Shown: positions 29,701 through 41,700 of the stretch, in pieces | Layout: every line of letters begins with the position of its first letter | How positions within the stretch are numbered: the stretch's first letter is position 1 | Origin: Callorhinchus milii | Lineage: Eukaryota | Direction: 5' to 3' | DNA: 64,000 nt | Assembly (NCBI RefSeq): GCF_018977255.1 | Contig: NW_024704743.1 | Span: 54,500,001-54,564,000, forward strand | Made by a program: the position numbers and the translations under genes | Notes under the pieces: model-generated | Seen by the model: only the letters and a program-made list of their open reading frames with translations | What the model was told of the DNA's origin: nothing | Database searches by the model: none

Positions 29701-32700
29701 CTACATCTACTGGTTCCCCCTTATCCAACCTGCTGGATACATCCTCAAAAAATTTTAAAAGCATGACTTCCCTTTTGTAAAGCCATGTTGACTCTGCTTA
29801 ATCTTTTTATGGTCTACCAGATATCCCATAACTACGTCTTTTATTAAGGACTCAAGAATTTTCCCTACAACTGACGTCAAACTAACTGGTCTATAGTTTT
29901 CCCTATTTTCTCTCCCACCCTTCTTAACTAGTGGAGTTACGTTTGCAATCTTCCAATCAATGGGAACTTTTCCAGTATCCACAGACTTTTGGAAGATTAT
30001 AGACATGCCATCCACTATCTCAGTAGCCACCGACAATTTACCTAGAACCATCTCCTTACTAATGTTAATCTCCCTAAGTTGCTCGCTAACATTGTCTTCT
30101 TGGTCCTCTATTTTTGGTATGTTTCCAGTGTCTTCTACGGTGAAGACTGTAGAAAAATACTTGTTTAATGACTCTGCCATGTCTTTGTCCCCTATTATAA
30201 TTCCTCCAGTCTCTGCCTGTAATGGATCCACATTCACCCTCGCTAGCCTTTTCCTCTTTATATATTTGTAAAATCTCTTGGAGTCTGTTTTTATGTTCTT
30301 TGCTAGTTTACCCTCGTAATCTATTTTCTCCCTCTTGATCAATTTTTTGGTCCTCCTCTGTTGTTCCCTAAAGTTCTCCCAATCCTCGGGTTTACTACTC
30401 ATCTTCACTGTTTTATAGGCTTTTTCTTTTGATTTGATACTTTTCCTAACTGCTCTAGTTAGTCATGGCTGCACCACCTTTCCCATGGCATTCTTATTCC
30501 TCAAAGGAATATGTGCTCGTTGGGAATTTTGCACTATCTCCTTGAATGTCTGCCATTGCTGGTCTACCGTCAAATCTTTAAGTTTAGTCTCCCAGTTTAT
30601 TCTGGCTAAATCCTCTCTCATACCAGCAAAGTTGGCTCGATTTAAATTGAAGACTTTTGCTTCAGACTTAACTACTTCCCTCTCCAACTTAATGCTAAAT
30701 TCCATCATATTATGTTCGCTTTGCCCTAGAGGAGCCTTAAGTTCCAGTTTGCTGATCAGCCCTGTTTCATTACACAAAATAAGGTCTAATATGGCTTGTT
30801 CGCTGGTCGGCTCCTCAGCATATTGATCTAGAAAATTATCTCTAATACATTCTATAAACTCCTCATCTATGTTACCTTTCCCTATTTGGTTGTCCCAGTC
30901 TATGTGGAGGTTAAAATCACCCACAATTAGTGTCTTTCCTTTGCTACATGCTCCACTAATCTCTTGATTTATACCTTGAGCGATAGTTTGACCACGTTTG
31001 GGGGTCTATAAACTACTCCCACTATAGTTTTCTGCCCCTTGAAGTTACGTATCTCTACCCATACTGACTCTACATCTTGCTTTTCATATTTAAAATCTTT
31101 CCTCTCTACTGTTTTTATTCCATCCTTTAATAACAGGGCCACTCCCCCTCCTCGTTTACCACATCGCCTATCTTTCCTATATACCACGTAGCCGGGAATA
31201 TTCAGTTCCCATCCCTGATCACCCTGTAACCATGTCTCGGTGATGGCTACTAGATCATACCGGTTTGTCTCTATTTGTGCAACTAATTCATCTATCTTGT
31301 TACGAATGCTTCGTGCATTCAGATATAGCGCCCTTAATTCTGACTTCCGGCTGTTAACCCTATTCACCAGCACTCTATCACTGTACTTCCTTTCCCTGCT
31401 TGACACACTTTGCTCTTCTCTCTTGTTAATCTGCTCTCTTGCTTTTGTTGATCTCAAGTTTAACTGTGGTGGACTATATTTTACTATGTTTTTACCTCCC
31501 CCCACCCTTCGTAGTTTAGAAATGAAGTGAAAGAATTGAAGAGAAACACAAAGGCATTATTCAAATGCAAAATATTTATGACTAAGTTAGCAAAATGTGT
31601 TGAACAGTACCTTTCCAGCTGCTTCAAGCTCTTTTCTATCGCGAATTGCATATCCGCTCAGAGACTTCATTTCAATCATTCCTGCCACAACCAGGATGGG
31701 CATGATCAACAGGACCACCAAGGTCAGCTGCCACCCAAATATGAATGAGAGAATAGTTGAACCTCCCATGGTTGCAATATTTTGAGCTATTAATCCCATT
31801 CTTTCTCCTACTGCCTGAAAAAAAGTGAATATATTATTAGAAAATTCAACGGGGTGAAAATCATGACATATGATGTCCTATAGCTCATGGTCTACACCAG
31901 TGCTGGACAAACTACGGTCCGTGGGTTTGATGAGTAGTATGTTTCAAGGTTTTCTTGATTGAATATTTTTTGTTTTATGGCATAATTTTTATTTTGTTGG
32001 CTGACAAAAAAGATTGGCACCGTCTGGTCTAGGTTGACACTGTAATGCAGTGCTGGGAAGTGCTGTGTTGTCAGAAGGGATGTCCTTCAGATGAGATGTT
32101 GAACTGATGTCAACAACAACTTATACTTGTATAGCGCCCTTCTTATAGTGTCGGAAAGACGTCTCAAGGCGCTGGACAATCAGGGATTTTGAACTGAGCT
32201 GGGAGTTGGGGTCAGGAAGGGTGGAGGGCAGGGGGCAGGGGTGGGAAGTTTGCCAAAGGCACTGTCAAAGAGGAAGGTCAGGTGGACCTCAAACAAACAC
32301 ATTGGGAAAGAGAAGGGAGCTTGCCTTGGTAACAACCCTCCAAGATAAAATTGGTCATTTACTTCATGGCTGTTTGTACCACATTGCTGTGCTGTGTGTA
32401 AACTGACTGCCGACAAATATACAGTTACGACACTTTACAGAGACTTTGTGTAGTGTTTTGAGATGTTAAATGTTACTGAAGACGCCTCATTGAAAATGCT
32501 GCTAATTACAAGGATTATTATTTATTACTTATTTGTTGAATAAAGGAGTAAGTGTGTTCAATTGTAGCTTATTCTGCAAGTGTACTAGAGGCAACTCCTC
32601 CTAAACATGGCTCATAGTCGTGCTGAAGAAAGCATTCAATAATGTTTTAGAAATGCAATAATGTATGTTTTATTAAGAGCACTGTAAATTACATTCCACA

Positions 32701-35700
32701 TCATTTTTTGAGATCTGCTCATACTCACTGTTTGAATTTGAGATGCATCTGTGGCCAACCTGGTTGTCAGGGCTCCAGTGTTGTTTCTGTCATCATCAAA
32801 CCAAGCAATTTCCTACAGAAATAGAAGCAAAAAAGATATGGAAGAAAGGAGAAAGTCTGTACTTTGGATTATTCTGAGAGCTGATTATTTCTGCTTCATT
32901 GCATACCTGTGCCTCACTGTCCTCCAGTTATATCCTTTACTTTTCTGATCCTGGTCTATTCTTGGTTCCTTACTCCTTCCACTAATAATAATATAATAAT
33001 AATTGTATCCTTAGTGAATGAGGTTTCAGCCACTGCTCCTAGTTTCTCCCCAAATCCTTTCACTTTCCTCCTCTTTTGATCTGTTTTCAAACCCATTGGA
33101 CCATGCTTTTGGTGGACATACTTAAATATTTTTTTCTCTCGCTCACTGCTCTCTATGAGTGTAATTTTATTTCTGTACAAAACTGTCCTGTATAATTCTG
33201 TAAACACGCTGAGATTAAACATTTGCTTTAACATGAGATACATCGTTCAAATACCAGCTGCAGGTGAGGGTTAATGGTTCCTAGTACCAAATTTGAGTCA
33301 ATATTTCATTAACAATAACAACAACATGCATTAATATAGCAACCTTCAAGCAGATTAGCATCTGGGTGTTCTGTACAATGGCAGGATTGGATGCCCATCT
33401 GGGGAAAATGGGTTGGGGAGGTCTCCAGAGGCGCGGTCTAAGAGATTCATCTTAAAATGGGATTTAAAGATAAAAAAGGAGGGGCAAAGTGGTGGGATTG
33501 AGGCAGGCAGTTTCAGGGATTAGAGTGCAATGGCTGAAGACATGGCCACTGATGTTGGCACACAGGGGTCAGGGATGTTCAGCAGGCCTGTGTTAGCTAA
33601 GTAAAGGGGGCAAGCAGAGGAGTAGAAGACCAGCAGGTCAGGGAGGTAATAATAATAATAATCCTTGCATTTGATATAGTGCTTTTCACGTCGGGAAGAC
33701 GTCCCAAAGCGCTTCACAGAACACACTGTAAAGTGAATTGACTGTATAGTTGTGGGCGAACGCGGCAGCCAATTGCGCACAGCAATGTCCCACAAACAGT
33801 CGTAGATTGAAAATGACCAATTTATTATTGTTTTTGGTTTTGGAGGGATTATTATTAGGCATGTGGAGTAAGGAAACTTGCCCAAGGTTTCGCCCTGCCT
33901 GGAATTGAACTCAGGTCTCTCACTTGCAAAGCGAGTGCTCTAACCACTGAGCTACAGGACACCACAGGTAGTGGGATGCTATGGTGTGAGAGATTTGTAT
34001 GTGAGTGTGAGCATCCTGAAATGTATCCTTTTAGTCACAGGGAGCCAGTGGAGCCTGGCAAGGATTGGTATGATTGGGGTTGGGAATATTTCAACAACAA
34101 CTTGCATCTATATAGCGTACTTCACACAGGATAGTGTGACTAGTGCTGGAACTTGACCATAGGCGGAGCCAGTTAGAGAGGGCAGGTGACCGTAGGTGTG
34201 GATCATAGGCATGGGCAAAGGTCTTCAGCTGTGATCTGAAGACAGAGAAGGAGAGGATAAGGGAGAAGGACCATTCAGCAGTAGGAAAACTTGCCAGTCA
34301 ATGCTTTCAATGACAAGCTATGTAGTTTTACCTGGTGAAACTTCAGACTTACCCCAATGCACAACTGGGGTCCCCAAGCCTTGGATCTTGCCAGCCTGGG
34401 TCTAATAGTCTCCAGAATTACGTAAACAGGATGTACCCTTCCATGGATCATATGTGCCATTCCAATACATGGGAATTTCCATGTATAGGTGGTATGCATG
34501 GAACTTTCAGTTTGGTTTGGGTACTCTTAAGCATTATGATGGGTTTCTGCATGTGTCAGATACACAGCTGACGAAAAAAAGAGGCCACTTTTGTCACTGT
34601 GGCTCAGTTGCCTCTAATATAGTGGAAGCATTCAGCATTGTCAGTAGTGTTATTTTTGGGTGAGAAATTAGATTGAGGCCTTGTTTGTCTGTTCTCAAGC
34701 CTCTTAACATCGAGGCTTGACTATGCAAACTCCCTGCTTGCTGGCCTCGCCAACTTCTCCCTCCATAGGCTACAGATCATCCAGAACTCTGCAGCCGCGT
34801 CCTCTCCCACACCATGCTCTGTGACCCTATCAACCTCATCTTCGCACGGCTCCACTGGCTTCCCATCACACAGAGGATGCAGTTCAAGATCCTGGTCTTT
34901 ACTTTCAAAGCCCTACATGGCCTTACTTCCCCCTATCACTGTGATCTCCTAACCCCCTACCATCCTGCTCACTCTTTCTGCTCAGCCTGTTTCACATTCC
35001 ACGCCTCACCCACCCCACTGTTGGTGGGTGGGCCTTCTGCCGCTCTGCTCCTACACTCTGGAACTCCATCCCACAGTTCCTCCACCTCAACCCCTCCCTT
35101 CCCTCCTTCAAGACCCATCTCAAGACCCTCCTCTTCAAACGTGCTTTTGATCACCTGCTTCCCCCCTGCCCTCCATCTTCCCTAATCTCGACCCCCAGCT
35201 GGGTCCAAAACACTCACTGTCCAGTGCTTTGGGACATCCTCCCAATGTGAAAGGTGCTATCCAAATGTAATTTTGTTGTTGTTGTCCAAGGTGCTATCCT
35301 AAAAATGGGACTAAAAATTATATTGTTGTTGGTGAGATGCATGTTGAAGATTCCACAAAACTATTTGAAAAGAGAAGTGAGATTTGTCTAGTGTTCTTGC
35401 CAACAATCCCTCATATTAATTTGTCATTCATCACTCAAGTTTTTGTTGGACCTTGTTTACAATTATAATCCTTGTAGCGTTTTTGTGTCAGGAGGATGTC
35501 TCCCAGCAATGTCCCACAAACAGCCATGGAATGAATGATCAATTTAATCTAGGGGATTGTGGCTTGGGAGAAACTCCCTTCTCTTTTTGAATAATACCAT
35601 GGGATCTTTAACATTCACCTGCAGAGGTATGTGTAACCTTGTTAAACATCTCATCAGAAGGACAGCATCTCTGAAAATGCCCCCCACCCTCTCCCCACTC

Positions 35701-38700
35701 AACCCACTGAATTGGAGTGCCATCTTAGATGCTTTGAACCCACAACCTTCTGACTCAGAGACAACAGTGCTGGTGAGCACTGTTGTCTCTGAGTCACCCA
35801 AATGTAATGAAATTATATAGTTACATAAAAGCTTCACCATGTTAGCAGACATAAGTTTCCAAATACTTATCATTCTTGGTGACAATTATTTCTATATAAT
35901 AAGGATGACTAACCTGACGTAGCATGGCTTTGAAGGCCATGTATCTCAGTTTCATTGTGAGGGTTTCCCCAGATTTTCCAAACATATAGCCCTGAAAATA
36001 GAGAGGATAACTCATATTATATTTTTCTACATTATTGCCTCGGTAATAAGCAGTTATACAACATCAGCCACCGAGTTAAAATCCTTTTGTACTACTGATG
36101 GTGGAGAGTTAAAAAAAATCCTTGTATTTGGTATAATAATCCTTGGATTTGATATAGCGCCTTATCATGTCTTCGATATGTCTCAAGGTGCTTTACAGAA
36201 TATACTGTAAAGTGAATTGACTGTATTTTTGTAGAGAAAATGTGGTAGCCAATTGCGCACAGCAGTGTTCCAGGCAGTAGTGGATTGAGCAAATGGTGTT
36301 CCGGAGGTATGGAGCAAGCTGATGTTTGCTGGATAAACGTATGGCCAGGTCGGGATGTAGAGGAGTTTCTCACTGGGGAAAGAGGGAGCTTTCTGTGAGG
36401 AAACCGCACCGAAAGAGGCTCCAATTGTCTATCCTGACAGTGAACCACAAAACACTGCCTTCCTCTCTCTCAATCACTCTCTCTCTTAATTAGTCTCTCA
36501 CACTCCCTGTCTCACACCTTCTTTCCCACACATCCTATCTCCCCTCTCACACCCCCTCTCCCCTTTTTCATCATTCTCTCCCCCCTTTCTCTCACACACT
36601 GTCTCTCCCTCTCTCAATTACTTTCGCTCTCCCCCTCAGACTTTCTCTCAATCACTCTCACACACTCTCTCAATCACTCTCTCCCCCTTTCGCTCACACA
36701 ATGTCTCTCCCTCTCTCAATTACTCTCTCACTCCCCCTCTCTCCCATACACACACTCTCCCCCCTCACAACCACTCTCTTTTTCTCCCCCCTTACAACCA
36801 CTCTTTTTCTCTCCCCTCTCACACTCTCCCTCCCCTCTCTCAATCACTCTCTCCCCCCGTCTTTCTCTTACACACTGTCTTTCCCTCTCTCAATTACACT
36901 CTCTCACACCCCTTCTCCCATACACACTCTATCCTACTCCCACACTCTCTCTCAATCACTATCTGGTTCTTTCTCTGCTCTCATACTCTCAATCGCTCTA
37001 CCTCCCTCTCTCTGCTTTCTCCCTCACTCTCTCCCTCTTTCTCTCCCCCAATCTCTCTCAATTACTGTCTCTCTCCCCCACTCTCTTTCAATTACTCTCT
37101 CTCTCCCCCTCTCTCTCAATCACTCTCGCTCCCCCTCTCAATCACACTCTCCATACCCCTCCCTCTCTCTCCCTCTCCCACACACTCTCTAACACACTCT
37201 TTCTCTCACCTCTCAAACACACTCTCTCTGAATCACTATCTCTCCTCTTTCTCTCAATCAGCCGCACGGGTCACTAACTGCAGTGGCAGGAGCCGGCATT
37301 TAGCTGTTAAGGATGCAGGGGTCGAAGAACTGCATTTGCCTTCCTGACACAGTGCAGTAATGGAAGGTATTATTTCCACTTCCCGCACTGCGTCCTCCCA
37401 ACCGCCGGCTCCTGCCGCTGCCATGAGAGGACGGTTCGCTGGGAAGGAGGGAGCGGACGGCCTGAAGTTGGAAATGGTTTCAGGGCGGATGAAATCATCT
37501 ACTGGGCTGGAAGCGGCCTGTGGGCTGCCTGTTGGATCATCCTTCTTAGACTTATGATTTCCAAATCCTGATGTGAGGTATTAACCCACAGCCTTCTGAC
37601 TTAGAGGCAAGGGTCCTGGAGTCCTGTAGCTCAGTGGTTAGAGCACTCACTTTGCAAGCAAGAGACCTGAGTTCAATTCCAGGCAGGGCAAAACCTTGGG
37701 CAAGTTTCCTTACTCCACACGCCTAATAATAATCCCTCCAAAACCAAAAACAATAATAAATTGGTCATTTTCAATCTACAACTGTTTGTGGGACATTGCT
37801 GTGCGCAATGGCTGCCGTGTTCGCCCACAAATATACAGTCAATTCACTTTACAGTGTCTTCTGTGAAGCGCTTTGGGACGTCCTCCCGACGTGAAAAGCG
37901 CTATATCAAATGCAAGGATTATTATTATTATTAAGGGTGTCAACAACTGAGCCAGGCTGACACACCTGAGTTCTCCGAATGTGATGCAAATGCTAATCCT
38001 AATCCCTGCCTCCTCACATACAGTATTAGTCATAGGAGTCACAAGAACAAAATCAAATTGTTTTTTTTCACTTCATGTTTGTGGGACATTGCTCTGCACA
38101 AATTGACTGCTGCATTCACCTATAACATACCCAACCACTACACTTTATCCTATGAAGCCCTTTGGGACACACTCCCAACATAAAATGCGCAATATTAACT
38201 GCAAGGATTAAGATTGTTTAATTTCTGCAAACTTTAATTTTACCTCTTCAAGGCCAGTAATAGATACATCAATATTATGCAGGTGCATACTGGAGGAACC
38301 CTTTTCAGGAACAATTCAATTCATAGCTATGTAAGTATGAATATGCCCAGTGTTGATGACCCAAATGTAAACTATTAGTTCAAAGTCCTCATACTAACCG
38401 AAGGATCACACACAAAAAAAAATCCTTGTTCGAAAACATAAATGAAAAGCACTTGTTTTGGTGGATGAGAAAAACACTAAAATTTAGTTTTTTTTTGCTG
38501 CTCCCAATTGAAATCAATGTGGGATAGGCAAAATAAACCCAGCTTCCTGCTCCATATTGCAGTATAGCAGGATGCTGAGCTGTTTTATTCACGACATGCT
38601 TCAGAAACTTACTTGTAAGAAATATGTAAAAAAGGAAATGATACCAATGACAAAGAACAGGATACAATAAAGATCAGCATTTTTTTTTATCACGTCTGGA

Positions 38701-41700
38701 TCAGTACCAGTGAAGATCTGGAACAAAAATGCATGTAGTCAATCTTGGGAACATAAAACTGTTAACGACCTGAATAAAAATAAGTTGACTTATAATAACG
38801 ACTACTTTATTAGTGGAAATATCTGAAAGGGGTGAAGTAGGGATTAGGAGGGACAAGGGATCAATCCCTTGATATTCTGGTAACCTCTCCCCAAACAAAT
38901 CTGTCTGGATTTATTCTTCCTCCCAGGGGCCAGCGTGCCTCCTGTTGGACCACACTGCTCTAGTTCTCTTAACACCTCCATAACATCACTCGACTCCACC
39001 ACTACCTCTCCCCTCAGGCCACTGAAACTCTTGTTCATGCCTTGATTACCTCCAGGCTCGACTATGCAAATGCCCTGCTTGTCGGCCTTCCCAACTCCTC
39101 CCTCCACAGGCTGCAGATAATCCAGAACTCGGCAGCCCATGTCCTCTCCCGCACCAAACTCCATGACCCCATCTACCCATTCTCGCCCGACTCCATTGGC
39201 TCCCTATCCTTCAGAGGATCCAGTTCAAGATCCTGGTCCTCACCTACAAAACCCTCCCTACCTCTGCGACCTCCTAATGCCTACCAACCCACCCGCTCCC
39301 TCCGCTCAGCCGGCTCTGGCCTGCTCCACGTCCCCCGATCCACCCACCCCACATTGGCAAGAGAGCTTCCAGTCACTCTGCCCCCAACCTCTGGAATTCC
39401 ATCCCTCAATCACTCTGCCTCACCACCTCCTTAGCCTCCTTCAAGTCCCGCCTCAAGAACCTCCTCTTTAACCATGCCATCGGCCACCACCCTTCCCCTC
39501 CCTTCTCCCCCCCTGACCCCATCTCGGGTCTGAAATGCTGTACAATGTCCAGCGTCTTGGGATGTTCTTCCGACATGAAAGGCGCTATACAAATGTAATC
39601 CTGTTCTGTTGTTGTTGTTAATGTGTCAACCAGGCTCAGTTTGTAGCACTCTCAACTCTGAGGTTGTGGGTTGCAGCTCCACATTGGGACTTTAACTCAT
39701 ATAGTCTCGGCTGACATTCCAATGCAGTGCTGGGGAAGAGATACATTGTTGGGCTTGAGCCCACAACCTTCTAACCTGGAGGCAAGGGTATTACCAATTG
39801 AATCAGGCTGATGCCTACATGGGTATTTTGGCTAACTATTACTTAAAGTTAAAGTGAACATTATAAAAAGTCATGTCATACTTACAGTAATGATCTTTGC
39901 AAATAAAACAGCAAAGGCTGGGTGAATTCCTCCATTGATCGTTGCACCTATTATTCCTATGGCAATGTATGGCCATTCAGATTTATTCAGTTTAAAAAGT
40001 TTTAGCAGTGAGACGTCTGCAAGCTTTTCTTCATCCTAAAATAAAATTAAGAAAATAAGTAAGCACACATCCATGCCATAGGATATTTGCAAATCACTGA
40101 AGGAATAGTTATAAACTATCTCTACCAATAAAACAACAATGTCTGTGTGTGCATGTGCATCAGCCAAGATCTCAATTACCAATTGATGAAGAGACATGAT
40201 TTATACCTCATCAGAAAGATCTTACAAAGACCTCAAATTTCTTAAACTGATGGAGCTTATCACCAAAATCATGTCTTTAGCAAAGTCTGTTGTTACCTCT
40301 ACACCATTGATTAGCAAAAGCGTGGTCTTCTTCATGCACATATTCTTCCTCGGTTAATCGAAAAAAATGGCTTAACCAAATCGCCAATGTAATCTCTACA
40401 GAACTGTCAAACTCAGACCGAGACCTTGTGCTCTTTGAAATCATAAAGAAACACATGATTCATGGACCATGTGGACAATTCAACAGAAAATCTCCCTGCA
40501 TAAATATGGCTCCTGCTCAAAGCAATATCCAAGGAGCTTCATAGGAATTTAGGAATTAGGAGCAGGAGTAAGCCATTCGGCCCCTCGAGCCTGCCCCGCC
40601 ATTCAATAAGATCATGGCTGATCTTCTAACCTGCTTCCATTTGCTCGCCTTATTCCCATATCCCTTAATCCCTCTATCCTTTAGAAACCTATCAATCTCC
40701 GTCTTGAGTATTCCCCTGATATTCTGTCAGCCTGCCTGTCAGATCTCAGGGGCTGGATGAGCGCAAACTTCCTTCAGCTGAACGTTGACATACTGTTTGG
40801 CTCTCATCAGCGTCTAAAATCTCACGGTTCTCACCTCCTCCACCTACCCGACCTCCCCCTAAAACTCTCCGAACCCGTACACAACCTAGGCATCAGGTTC
40901 AACCCCCAATTTTCCTTCCTCCCCCACATCCGGTCCCTCACCAGCACCGCTTCCTTCCACCTCCGACACATCGCTCGTCTCTGCCAATACCTCTCCCCAA
41001 AAGCCGCTGAAACCCTGGTCCATGCCTTTGTCACCTCTCGTCTGGACTACTCTAATGCTCTCCTCGCCGGTCTCCCATCCACTACCATCCATAAAATCCA
41101 AATCATTCAGAACTCTGCCGCCCGCATTCTCACCTGTACAAAACTTTGCTCCCCGATCACCCCAGTCCTTACCAGACTGCACTGGCTGCCTATTCCAGAG
41201 AGGATCGATTTCAAGATCCTCACCCTTGTATTCAAGTCCCTGCACTCCTCTGCATCCCCCTACCTCTCTGACCTCCTCTCTCCTCAAAACAGTACTCGTT
41301 GCCTTCGTTCCTCCGGGTCTGGCCTCCTCCTCGGCCCCGAGTCCTCCGCTCCACCCTCGGTGGCCGTGCCTTCAGCCACTATGCCCCGAGGCTCTGGAAC
41401 TGCCTTCCTCACTCCCTTTGTCTCGCTCACTCCCTTCCCATTTTCAGGTCTCCTCTGAAGATCTTTCTTTCGACTGCGCCTTTGGCCACCTTCCTCCCCC
41501 TCCCCCTGGCTCGGTCCCGGGATCCGTTATTGTAAAGTGCTCTGAGATGCCGTCCGGCGTGGAGGGCACTATATAAATCTAAGTTGTTGTTGTTGTAGTT
41601 ATAGATTTTCCTACCAGCAGAAATAGTCTTGCACTGTCTATTCTGTCCAGCCCATAAGAATCTTATATGTTTCTATAAGATCACCCCTAATTCTCTATTC

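Noticed and set aside
28910..31505. CR1 ORFs as an active element or domesticated RT
   Set aside because: Several frameshifts, an internal deletion near 30030 and no ORF1.
36701..37192. 163-aa Ser/Leu/Pro-rich ORF
   Set aside because: Translation of a CT-rich low-complexity tract.
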